From: a virus
Lineage: Duplodnaviria; Caudoviricetes
IMG/VR virus record: IMGVR_UViG_3300020571_000015
Span: 1-31,159 of that record
Length of the DNA stretch: 31,159 nucleotides
Reading direction: 5' to 3' (one strand)
Shown piece after piece: positions 1-7,070 of the stretch. The notes beneath the pieces are model-generated. The model searched no databases. It saw nothing but the letters and a program-made list of their open reading frames with translations, and was not told the origin of the DNA. How positions within the stretch are numbered: the stretch's first letter is position 1; each line of letters starts with the position of its first letter. The translations under genes and the position numbers were made by a program.

Positions 1-21
1 GAGCAAGATGCCAGCGCAGTG
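1..21. repeat. Terminal direct repeat, left copy (circular assembly overlap)
   Basis: gagcaagatgccagcgcagtg (1-21) matches gagcgagatgccagcgcagtg (31139-31159) at 20/21 positions. Confidence 0.9.
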
Positions 22-67
22 TGTGATGCCCAAAATTAAGCATGACGTATTGTGCAGCGTTTGTCAT
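1..67 (-). CDS. 5' part of a 70-aa hypothetical protein spanning the contig junction
   Basis: ATG at 67 reads MTNAAQYVMLNFGHHTLRWHLAQ and continues in frame at 31138 after circularisation. Confidence 0.7.
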   Translation of the reverse strand, partial: MTNAAQYVMLNFGHHTLRWHLA

Positions 68-236
68 TAGTGGTGCGTTTATAATACAATAGCGAGTTTG
101 ATCGCGGAAGATGATCGGCCCCGCGCGATCACCAGCGTATCTATAGATAGCGGGAGCCTTCTAGGTTAGTGATACAGGTCGTTACATCGCATTTGATAGA
201 CGCAATATTAGGTAGTGCTATACGCTGTGTCATACG

Positions 237-674
237 TTATCGCTTAGTGTTTTTACGTTGCTTAGTTACTGTCGTATGTTTTTCCACTGTGGATTTCTTT
301 GGCAGATCAATAGGCTTAACACCTATCTCATCAAGCTTGCGTTGCACTGCTATTTCTTCACCGCGTCTTAGTATCTCAGTAACCCTACCAATACCTACAC
401 ACAACAGCTTGCCGATCTCACGGTAAGTCATGCCCTTCTGTCTTAGGTTGTACGCCTTTTCGCAGTCGTACTTCTTAAGCCACTCGGTCAGGTCTTGTTC
501 TTCAGGATCAACGTATGCATTCGCAGGGTATGAGATCCAGCCAGCTTTGATCGCATTGGTTACAATGGATGGAGCTAGATTAAGAAGAGTGATGCGAGCT
601 TGTATGTCTAACGTGTCCTCCTTCTTGATACCATCAACATCCATCTTCTTGTGTAGATAACGCTTGTGATGCAT
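237..674 (-). CDS. HTH DNA-binding protein (sigma70 region 4-like); possible late-gene regulator
   Basis: Motif AYNLRQKGMTYREIGKLLCVGIGRVTEILRRG; lies just upstream of the packaging genes in the circular map. Confidence 0.6.
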   Translation of the reverse strand: MHHKRYLHKKMDVDGIKKEDTLDIQARITLLNLAPSIVTNAIKAGWISYPANAYVDPEEQDLTEWLKKYDCEKAYNLRQKGMTYREIGKLLCVGIGRVTEILRRGEEIAVQRKLDEIGVKPIDLPKKSTVEKHTTVTKQRKNTKR

Positions 675-675
675 A

Positions 676-882
676 TTACTCTAGAGTCAAACGCTCTAGC
701 TCTTCCTCTAGATCATAGATGCGTCGTCGTTGTTCGTTAAGCTCACGCTCTAAGCGTCGAGCGAATGCCATTGCTAATGTAGTCAGATGCGGTGGGAACT
801 GTCCTTCAATTCGCTTCTGCTCTAAGTCACAACGTGGAGTGTCTGTATCTGGATCTTCCCAGAAGCTTTCTGTGTTAGTCAT
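676..882 (-). CDS. Small coiled-coil hypothetical protein (TPxxD...ARxLEREL family)
   Basis: ORF track 676..900; ATG at 882 follows an A/C-rich leader; contains DTPRCD...FARRLERELNEQ. Confidence 0.65.
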   Translation of the reverse strand: MTNTESFWEDPDTDTPRCDLEQKRIEGQFPPHLTTLAMAFARRLERELNEQRRRIYDLEEELERLTLE

Positions 883-896
883 GGGTGTTAATGGTA

Positions 897-1181
897 TCAA
901 AATGGAATGTCATCTTCAGGTCCAAGCGGATCGTTAGCGGTAATACGCTTAGCTTGAGGTTCTGGCTTACGTTCCATATCAGTGTAATTGCCGAGAATCG
1001 GACCCTTCTTACCTTCTTGTCGTGCTGCTTTGCTAATAGACTGCACAATCATTCCATCGTTACCGTATTGGTCTCGGCCAGACTTGTTTGGGATGAGTGC
1101 GATATCCAAATACGTTCCAGCTTTGCCTTTGAATAGGAATGCTTTGTCGATCTTCGTAACGTCAATCTTACCGGTTTGCAT
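897..1181 (-). CDS. Putative ssDNA-binding protein with acidic C-terminal tail
   Basis: Beta-rich KIDVTKIDK...GTYLD...DQYGNDG...PILGN family; ends EDDIPF like canonical SSB tips; next to DnaB. Confidence 0.6.
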   Translation of the reverse strand: MQTGKIDVTKIDKAFLFKGKAGTYLDIALIPNKSGRDQYGNDGMIVQSISKAARQEGKKGPILGNYTDMERKPEPQAKRITANDPLGPEDDIPF

Positions 1182-1214
1182 GGTGTTTGTGGGTGTTTCT
1201 TGCTTTCGTTGGTC

Positions 1215-1243
1215 AGTTTACAGGAATAGTTTATGGCAGTCAA
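1215..1243 (-). promoter_or_regulatory. Sigma70-like promoter
   Basis: TTGACT-17 bp-TAAACT on the minus strand, in the intergenic gap upstream of the SSB-like gene. Confidence 0.6.
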
Positions 1244-1256
1244 CCTATCGTTGGGA

Positions 1257-2552
1257 TTAAGTATCGGGGGCAATCTCGCCAAAGCGGCAATACTGACCGT
1301 CGTACCATAGCTTCACGGCTCCACATTCACCGTCACGCTGCTTGGCGATGGCAATGATTGCTTCACCGCACTTCTGGGAGCGGTCGCGGTTAAGGAGCAT
1401 TACTAAGTCAGCGTCACGCTCTATCTGACCGGAGTCTGCAAGATCGGTGAGTTTTGGGGACCTTCCTTTCTCCTTCTCATTCTCTCTGTTGAGTTGCGCT
1501 AGTGAGACCACAGCAACCTTACACTCGGTTGCAATGCTCTTGAGTCGTCCACTGACCTCTGCGATCTCATAGGTTCGCTTCTCGGCAGACTTTGATCCGT
1601 GGATCTTTTGCAGGTAGTCGATTATAACCAGCTTCACTCCCCACTTGCGAACAGCTCGACGGATGGTTGCAGTGATTGCGGCTATGTTGCTTATAGATGA
1701 ACCAGACACAAAATGGAGCGGACTGGCTGCGATCCGAGAGCAAGCGTGACTCATGGACTTCATACCGCCTTCGGTCATGTTGCCGGTACGGATATCCCCC
1801 ATCGGGACTGACCCGATAGTTGAGACCATACGACGAACGATTGATTCGTCAGACATCTCAAGCGAGACGAACAGCGTGGGAACCTTACCAATGACGGAAG
1901 CCGCTTGAGCAAAGGCAATCGCCATAGCGGTCTTACCGATGGATGGACGAGCGGCCAAGATCGCCAATTCTCCAAGCTGGAACCCGTCGGTCATTTCATC
2001 CAACCGATAGAAGCCAGAAGTGATGCCAGAGAGTTGACCCTTTCGTTCAAATCTCTCTTGGGTTGCGTCGATGAATCGCCCAACAACTGACTTTGCGGGT
2101 TGAAGCGTCTCTTTGGAGGCATCAATGGCAAGCCCCTGTTCGGCATTAGAGACGATTTGATCGACGCTGAAGGTGGAGACAGCGGACTCCCTCAATAGAC
2201 GGTCTCCAGCGATTCGTAGCTGGCGACGGTGAGCGGCTTCAAGAACACCTTTGGCAAACATCGGATAGCTTGCCGGTGACGGGGATGCTTCCATCGCTTT
2301 GTTCCAGTCTTCAAACGGGACTGGATTTGAAGCGAATGCCTTCTTCCATTCCCGCATGACTTCGGGAAGCGCAATCGGCTTGGACTCGGCGACCAACGAC
2401 TTCAAGACATCGAAGGTCATCGCCAGAGTTTCGGTCTGAAACGCTGAGGTCTGGATCTCAGCGAAAGCATCCGAGCAGGTATCAACCCCACCGTTGAGGC
2501 AACAACCAATGACGGCAAATTCGTCGTCTACAGCGTAAAACGGATCGTTCAT
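1257..2552 (-). CDS. dnaB: Replicative DNA helicase, DnaB family
   Basis: Walker A AARPSIGKT, SLEMS, IIDYLQ, LAQLNR, LADSGQIERDAD, KQRDGE; start MNDPFY at 2552 overlaps the initiator stop (ATGA). Confidence 0.95.
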   Translation of the reverse strand: MNDPFYAVDDEFAVIGCCLNGGVDTCSDAFAEIQTSAFQTETLAMTFDVLKSLVAESKPIALPEVMREWKKAFASNPVPFEDWNKAMEASPSPASYPMFAKGVLEAAHRRQLRIAGDRLLRESAVSTFSVDQIVSNAEQGLAIDASKETLQPAKSVVGRFIDATQERFERKGQLSGITSGFYRLDEMTDGFQLGELAILAARPSIGKTAMAIAFAQAASVIGKVPTLFVSLEMSDESIVRRMVSTIGSVPMGDIRTGNMTEGGMKSMSHACSRIAASPLHFVSGSSISNIAAITATIRRAVRKWGVKLVIIDYLQKIHGSKSAEKRTYEIAEVSGRLKSIATECKVAVVSLAQLNRENEKEKGRSPKLTDLADSGQIERDADLVMLLNRDRSQKCGEAIIAIAKQRDGECGAVKLWYDGQYCRFGEIAPDT

Positions 2553-3325
2553 TGGTAGTCCGCAATGTTGAGGCTGAGGTTGACGGATTTGGCTTGAGGT
2601 TGTTGTTGCTGCTTTCCGGTTGGGAATATCCCTTTCCAACCGGAAGCGATTGAGTTCTCAACAGCAGATGGGAACTCAGCAGGAGAAAACTCGTTGGACC
2701 ACTTGGTGAGTGATGCCGTGAGTCCGGTCTTCTTGTACCCCTCTTTACGCTCCGATTTGTACTGAAGCCAGAGCTTGACGGCTTGAAGACAGTTCTCTGT
2801 CTGAAAGCTGTTTGGTAACTCAACACCGAAGCCAACATCCCACGGCGACTTTGGAGACGTTGTATCTCTCTTATTAGGAGATGGAGATGGAGAGTTGAAT
2901 TCCGGTTGGGTATCCGGTTGATCATCCGGTTGCAACACCGGTTCAACCGCGGTTAAATTTTGGTTGGATTGAGTTTGACGTTCCAGAGCCTCCAATCTGC
3001 GTTTTTCCGCGGATAACTTGCCTTTTGCCGATTGGCTCTGCAAAAACTTGCCCTTTTCGGTTCTAACGGACTCAAGCCTTTTGTTTCTAAGCAAACCATC
3101 TTCGCAGTGATCGAACTTATCTAACACGTCAACCGATACGCAACCGCCAGCCAACCGCTGTTGCTTTTCGGTTTCAACCGGAATTGAACCGCGGTTCCAT
3201 TGATGGCAGAGAAGTCGAATGAATTGACCAACTTCTTCTTGGGACATTTCGATGGTCCCAGCTAGGAAGTCATCGGTGTATAACTGAAAGGCTGGAGCCT
3301 TACGGGTCTTCTTGTCTTCGTTCAT
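2549..3325 (-). CDS. Phage replication initiator (DUF1376/YdaU-like N-terminus)
   Basis: N-terminal PAFQLYTDDFL...EVGQFIRLLCHQW...LRNKRL; SPSPSP linker; C-terminal SIASGWKGIF; directly upstream of dnaB; contains iterons. Confidence 0.8.
   Translation of the reverse strand: MNEDKKTRKAPAFQLYTDDFLAGTIEMSQEEVGQFIRLLCHQWNRGSIPVETEKQQRLAGGCVSVDVLDKFDHCEDGLLRNKRLESVRTEKGKFLQSQSAKGKLSAEKRRLEALERQTQSNQNLTAVEPVLQPDDQPDTQPEFNSPSPSPNKRDTTSPKSPWDVGFGVELPNSFQTENCLQAVKLWLQYKSERKEGYKKTGLTASLTKWSNEFSPAEFPSAVENSIASGWKGIFPTGKQQQQPQAKSVNLSLNIADYQ
2901..2966. repeat. Iteron cluster 1 (putative replication origin)
   Basis: TCCGGTTG at 2901, 2913 and 2925 (12-bp period), further CGGTT at 2939 and 2950, palindrome AACCGCGGTT at 2945-2954. 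Confidence 0.65.
3130..3197. repeat. Iteron cluster 2, inverted orientation
   Basis: CAACCG at 3130, 3141 and 3152 (11-bp period) and palindrome GAACCGCGGTTC at 3186-3197. Confidence 0.55.
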
Positions 3326-3339
3326 GTAACAAACAGAAA

Positions 3340-3469
3340 CCCCACCCAGACCGTGCTAGGAACTCCCGCTGAAGCGACGGGACGTGTCACGGAAAGGGTG
3401 GGGAAAAGTTGGTTGAACATGGCTTCAGGTATGGTGCGTCAACGCTCGCTTCCTAGGGCTTGCGCTGAC
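3340..3469 (-). ncRNA. Structured leader RNA upstream of the replication initiator (c4/CI-like antisense arrangement)
   Basis: Hairpin 3438-3469 with loop CUAGGAA; long stem-loop 3340-3403 containing the complementary UUCCUAG. Confidence 0.45.
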
Positions 3470-3478
3470 TGCTTACTC

Positions 3479-3661
3479 CTAACTCGGAATCGGTGTTTCG
3501 TCCAGCTTGAACTTATCAAAAAATTCGGCTTTGGGTCTGACGTATAGCAACCCCTCTTTGCGGTAGATTACCGCGAGTCTCTTGGTCTCAGCGATCCGCA
3601 GTTGCGCTTCGGAGATGTACTCAACGGTGAGATTCTGATTGGTCTTAGATCTGTATTTCAT
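3479..3661 (-). CDS. Small hypothetical protein, DUF1653-like
   Basis: AVIYRKEGLLYVRPKAEFFDKF resembles the VvY...wvRp..eF..kF pattern; coupled overlap with the upstream gene. Confidence 0.6.
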   Translation of the reverse strand: MKYRSKTNQNLTVEYISEAQLRIAETKRLAVIYRKEGLLYVRPKAEFFDKFKLDETPIPS

Positions 3662-3897
3662 TGTTTTAGACGGTAATGCACGACGGGATAAACACCGCGA
3701 GATCCAGACATTACGCGAAACTTTTTGGACTCTATCAATCCGTTTTTGACTGATTTACAGAGTACAATTCCAGCAGCGTTATTGGTAATCTTCCACTCAT
3801 CAGCCCACTGTGCGGAGGTTTTAAACCCTTCTGGGACCGCTTCGGGCTGATTGGCTATTGCGAGCCGAAGCTGTCTTAAAAGCTCGGCAGAGTCCAT
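3658..3897 (-). CDS. Hypothetical protein, possibly winged-helix
   Basis: Likely start MDSAELL at 3897; PEGFKTSAQWADEW...GLIESKKFRV...PVVHY. Confidence 0.6.
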   Translation of the reverse strand: MDSAELLRQLRLAIANQPEAVPEGFKTSAQWADEWKITNNAAGIVLCKSVKNGLIESKKFRVMSGSRGVYPVVHYRLKQ

Positions 3898-4625
3898 TTC
3901 TGTTCGTTTTGCGGCCATTGGTGAAGGTAGAGTTGCGCTGAGTTGTCTGTGTATTCCCCAAAGACTATCCCATGAGACCATGCTAGGGCTGATCGTCGTT
4001 TGCTCGCGTAATCCATCGTTGGAATGTCTGCAAGCGTTCCAACACAAAAGCCAATCGGATTTGATTGAGTGCGACCAGTCGCTTGACCTGCTCTGTGAGC
4101 ATGAGCAACAACGCAGTTACCAAATGTTTCCGCTGAATCACGGATAAAGTTTTCACCATACAAGACACCGTGTCCCCACTTAAATCCGCCCAACCGATAG
4201 AACGACCTATCAAGACAATCGTTGTATTTGATAAACGTATGACAGTGTTTCTCAATTGGTTTTAGCATTCGTTCCCATACAGCTTCAGCAAAACCTCTTA
4301 CAACAGCGTTATGGTGATTAAGATACTTCTTGGCTCGCTCATCATGGTTTCCCATTGTGAAGACTGTTGGTCTTAGTTCATCCAGAAACTTTGCTCCCTC
4401 TTGGATATCATCGAGGTAGTCATCGGCTTGGTCCGAGTCTTGAGGGTCGCGGAGTGAACCACTGCGTAATGAGGCAAGATCGTATGCGTCTCCGAGGTGA
4501 ATTACTTCGTCGGGCTTGAACTTCTCGCGGAATAGCAGCACCGCAGCGAGTGCATCTTGATTGGCTCGGTTCCCATGACTGCAACCAATCGCCATCACTC
4601 GGCGTTGGTGCTGTGTAATGTTCAC
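3876..4625 (-). CDS. Calcineurin-like metallophosphoesterase
   Basis: Motifs GCSHG (DxH position), HLGDAYD, MGNHD, GHG, AHAHR. Confidence 0.85.
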   Translation of the reverse strand: MNITQHQRRVMAIGCSHGNRANQDALAAVLLFREKFKPDEVIHLGDAYDLASLRSGSLRDPQDSDQADDYLDDIQEGAKFLDELRPTVFTMGNHDERAKKYLNHHNAVVRGFAEAVWERMLKPIEKHCHTFIKYNDCLDRSFYRLGGFKWGHGVLYGENFIRDSAETFGNCVVAHAHRAGQATGRTQSNPIGFCVGTLADIPTMDYASKRRSALAWSHGIVFGEYTDNSAQLYLHQWPQNEQKWTLPSF

Positions 4626-4692
4626 AATGTTGAAGAATCATGGAATTAGAACTTAATCAAGACACACTCGCGTCAATTATCGTTAGATTTGG

Positions 4693-4968
4693 TTACTTTC
4701 TGAACTTGTTGTTGCGTATAGCCCAGACCCAATAGTCAGAGACTCCGTACTTTGTGGAGAGTTCCTTAGCGGTAAAGCTCTTGTGAGAGTTCCTTACCGC
4801 ATCAACGACCCATTGCGGGATCTTCTGGCCTTTGGGTCGTCCACGACCGCGCTTGGTCTTCTTGCTGAGTGGCTTCCACTGCGGTTCCTCAACCGTCACC
4901 GTCTTGTGGACTCCTAACAGTCTTGCGATTGCTTCTTTAGTAATTCCGATTTTGGTTAGTATGCTCAT
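4693..4968 (-). CDS. HTH DNA-binding protein with AT-hook-like segment
   Basis: ITKEAIARLLGVHKTV; RGRGRPKG; C-terminal TAKELSTKYGVSDYWVWAIRNNK. Confidence 0.65.
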   Translation of the reverse strand: MSILTKIGITKEAIARLLGVHKTVTVEEPQWKPLSKKTKRGRGRPKGQKIPQWVVDAVRNSHKSFTAKELSTKYGVSDYWVWAIRNNKFRK

Positions 4969-5132
4969 TTTCTAATCTTGTTATGTCTGACTTTGTGTAT
5001 CCAACCCAAGCTGACCGAGTAATCTTCTTTGATCTGTCTGTATGTTTTGTTTTTGCTAATGTCTTCTAGTACTTCCAATACAACTGCTTGTGGTATGTGT
5101 CCTCTGAGTGGTATGTATGTTGATTGTCTCAT
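4965..5132 (-). CDS. 55-aa HTH protein (not in ORF track)
   Basis: Manually translated MRQSTYIPLRGHIPQAVVLEVLEDISKNKTYRQIKEDYSVSLGWIHKVRHNKIRK; ATGA overlaps at both ends. Confidence 0.7.
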   Translation of the reverse strand: MRQSTYIPLRGHIPQAVVLEVLEDISKNKTYRQIKEDYSVSLGWIHKVRHNKIRK

Positions 5133-5278
5133 TTGGTTGCTTTGCCTCTCTTTCTAGTCCAGAAGCTAGTAAACTCTGTTTTCTTAGCTTTGGCTGCTCT
5201 CACAGCCTCTCCAACGTCTTTGCGGCTTAGGACTTTGATGCCGGTCCCTTCTCGCATGATGTCTTGAACTGATCTCAT
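5129..5278 (-). CDS. 49-aa basic hypothetical protein (not in ORF track)
   Basis: MRSVQDIMREGTGIKVLSRKDVGEAVRAAKAKKTEFTSFWTRKRGKATK; ATGA overlaps at both ends. Confidence 0.65.
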   Translation of the reverse strand: MRSVQDIMREGTGIKVLSRKDVGEAVRAAKAKKTEFTSFWTRKRGKATK

Positions 5279-5499
5279 GGCTTTAGGTCCCTGCATTGCT
5301 TGATCGCGTCGTCGATGGCTTTACGCATCATCGGCCATTCCTCGGGGTTGATGCTGACTTTACCATGGCCATCAGCAGATTGACTGACCTCGACGTATTC
5401 GCCGCCACCTTCATCGACGATTTCGATGTCAGTGCATTCCATGGAAAGCATGTGGTCGTCGGTAGGTGACAGCACCCATTTGATCGGTCGCAGTTTCAT
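5275..5499 (-). CDS. Hypothetical protein
   Basis: MKLRPIKW...IVDEGGGEYVEVSQ...INPEEWP; ATGA coupling at 5496-5499. Confidence 0.7.
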   Translation of the reverse strand: MKLRPIKWVLSPTDDHMLSMECTDIEIVDEGGGEYVEVSQSADGHGKVSINPEEWPMMRKAIDDAIKQCRDLKP

Positions 5500-5708
5500 C
5501 GTCCCTCCAACCATTTCTTGAGGTCGTTCAACTCGTTCACTTTGGCTTCGAGTTCTTTGATGCGGTCGTTCGCTCCAGCCAGTTGCCGCTCCAACTGACG
5601 GGCGAAGCCAGCCTTCACGAAGTGCTGGAACGCCACGGTGACAACCGGCTGTCGGTCTGTGCGCGGTGTTTTGCTGACCTTTTTGTTGGCGTTAACAAGA
5701 TGGTTCAC
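5496..5708 (-). CDS. Small coiled-coil hypothetical protein (TPxxD...ARxLERxL family)
   Basis: SKTPRTD...FARQLERQL...RIKELE; GTG start overlapping the upstream stop. Confidence 0.65.
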   Translation of the reverse strand: MNHLVNANKKVSKTPRTDRQPVVTVAFQHFVKAGFARQLERQLAGANDRIKELEAKVNELNDLKKWLEGR

Positions 5709-5890
5709 AACTTCACCTCCTTCTCATTCCACAGCAGCAGATCGGCACGGAGAGCGTCGTTCTCCTGCTCTAGTTGTTTCACTCGATCCTCCAGCTTGCG
5801 AGCGTCGATTGCGATTGCGCGGAGTTCGTTTCGATCTGGAGGTAGATCCAAAACTGGAATCATCCTCAGTATTCGTTCTTCAAGTGTCAC
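5705..5890 (-). CDS. Small coiled-coil hypothetical protein
   Basis: ARKLEDRVKQLEQEN; ends KEVKL; GTGA coupling. Confidence 0.65.
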   Translation of the reverse strand: MTLEERILRMIPVLDLPPDRNELRAIAIDARKLEDRVKQLEQENDALRADLLLWNEKEVKL

Positions 5891-5909
5891 AGCTTGGCCT
5901 CCTTGGCTT
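5887..5909. repeat. 23-bp gene-junction repeat, copy 1
   Basis: tcacagcttggcctccttggctt is identical to 6117-6139. Confidence 0.9.
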
Positions 5910-6120
5910 TGTTTCTATTTTGATTGATGAAGCTAATTGGATTTGCTGAAAGCGTCTGCTTACCGCAATGGATGCATTTCCATTTTCTTTTAACATTGAA
6001 TGCAACGTCCCAGTGAGAATGTGAGCCATGGAAACTGTCGTTTAGCGGTTGCCAATAATGAGAACACGCAATTCCAAGAAACCGTTTGAGTATCTTTCCA
6101 ATACAATTCATTGCGCTCAC
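5887..6120 (-). CDS. Small Cys/His-rich hypothetical protein
   Basis: CSHYW...KCIHCGK; AT-richer than neighbours; ends KAKEAKL. Confidence 0.65.
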   Translation of the reverse strand: MSAMNCIGKILKRFLGIACSHYWQPLNDSFHGSHSHWDVAFNVKRKWKCIHCGKQTLSANPISFINQNRNKAKEAKL

Positions 6121-6139
6121 AGCTTGGCCTCCTTGGCTT
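6117..6139. repeat. 23-bp gene-junction repeat, copy 2
   Basis: Identical to 5887-5909; the minus strand reads AAGCCAAGGAGGCCAAGCTGTGA. Confidence 0.9.
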
Positions 6140-6419
6140 GAAGTGCTGCTCTCGCTTGAATTACTTCAGGCATAATGTCAGCATCCAAGAATCCAGCGTC
6201 TCCGCTGTTAGCTAGATCCACTATCCAGCTAACTGTTTCTTTCAACGCCTCCTCCAACCGCTTGATGCGGTCTTGAAGCCGCAGGTTCTCCTCATCCAAC
6301 AATTGCTGCTGCCGGATGATTGCATTGGCCGCGTTGAGTTCGCGTTCCAGCCTCCTGCACAACATTCCAAGCTCTGCCACGTTGTGAGGTGTACTGTCTG
6401 ATATTGGGGTGTCGCTCAT
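6117..6419 (-). CDS. Coiled-coil hypothetical protein (TPxxD...RRLEREL family)
   Basis: MSDTPISD...CRRLERELNAAN...RIKRLEEA...QAKEAKL; ATG at 6419 coupled to the upstream stop. Confidence 0.7.
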   Translation of the reverse strand: MSDTPISDSTPHNVAELGMLCRRLERELNAANAIIRQQQLLDEENLRLQDRIKRLEEALKETVSWIVDLANSGDAGFLDADIMPEVIQARAALQAKEAKL

Positions 6420-6553
6420 TTCGATTCCCTCTTCTTCTCCAACCACTCGCGGATGATTCTATCCGCTAGATGTTGGGTTTTGATTCCTTCGCTTTGGCAA
6501 TATTCTTTGAGTAGTTTGTGAGTCTCTTCTGAGATAATGACTGACTTGTTCAT
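6416..6553 (-). CDS. 45-aa ribbon-helix-helix-like DNA-binding protein (not in ORF track)
   Basis: MNKSVIISEETHKLLKEYCQSEGIKTQHLADRIIREWLEKKRESK; beta-alpha-alpha pattern; ATGA overlaps at both ends. Confidence 0.65.
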   Translation of the reverse strand: MNKSVIISEETHKLLKEYCQSEGIKTQHLADRIIREWLEKKRESK

Positions 6554-6879
6554 AGATGCTTTTTGACTTTGTTCCAGTAGGGAATTGTTGCTGTTTTCTT
6601 ATCACCAGAGGGACCGCCTCCGTTCCATTTGCGAGCTAACTGCTCAGTCGTGCAGCCTTTGCCGTAATGCGTCAGATAGATCTCACAGACTCGACGGGCT
6701 GCAATCCGGTTGGTCATCTGCTGGTGGGTGTAGCTAGTTCCAGCAATCCGGTTAACGTCCACCACAACCGCTTTGTGGATCTGGAGCGCACCGATAGCTA
6801 GACCACCGTCGCCAATCGCGTTGTCCCGTCCGTTAGACTCCACAGTGATGAGAGCCGCAATCAAAGGCCCGAGATTCAT
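6550..6879 (-). CDS. Lysozyme-like (transglycosylase/i-type-like) peptidoglycan hydrolase
   Basis: ALITVES (catalytic Glu), AIGDGGLAIGALQI, YLTHYG, ARKWNGG, YWNKVK; ATG at 6879 coupled to the upstream stop. Confidence 0.75.
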   Translation of the reverse strand: MNLGPLIAALITVESNGRDNAIGDGGLAIGALQIHKAVVVDVNRIAGTSYTHQQMTNRIAARRVCEIYLTHYGKGCTTEQLARKWNGGGPSGDKKTATIPYWNKVKKHL

Positions 6880-7070
6880 CGGAGACCTTTCATCCAAGCA
6901 TCGGCTTTGGATTGGATGATCTCTTGGGCTTCTAAGATCCGTCCGGTCTCATCGGTAATTCCGATCAGCTCAATCGTATGGTTCCAGACATCTCTAGCGC
7001 GAAGAGCTTCTTCAATGTTGCGGTGAATGCTGAGGACTTTGTTATCTTTGTTTCTGCAATGGTATTTCAT
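6876..7070 (-). CDS. Hypothetical protein
   Basis: 64-aa ORF preceded by the conserved leader repeat. Confidence 0.65.
   Translation of the reverse strand: MKYHCRNKDNKVLSIHRNIEEALRARDVWNHTIELIGITDETGRILEAQEIIQSKADAWMKGLR

Noticed and set aside
2553-2639. Longer upstream starts given in the ORF track for DnaB (and similarly Bet, RusA, MTase, holin)
   Set aside because: The extensions overlap upstream genes and look non-homologous. Downstream ATGs, several with ATGA coupling, fit better.
3340-3469. tRNA gene in the structured intergenic region
   Set aside because: There is no cloverleaf with T-loop GTTCRA or acceptor stem, so it is treated as a leader RNA instead.
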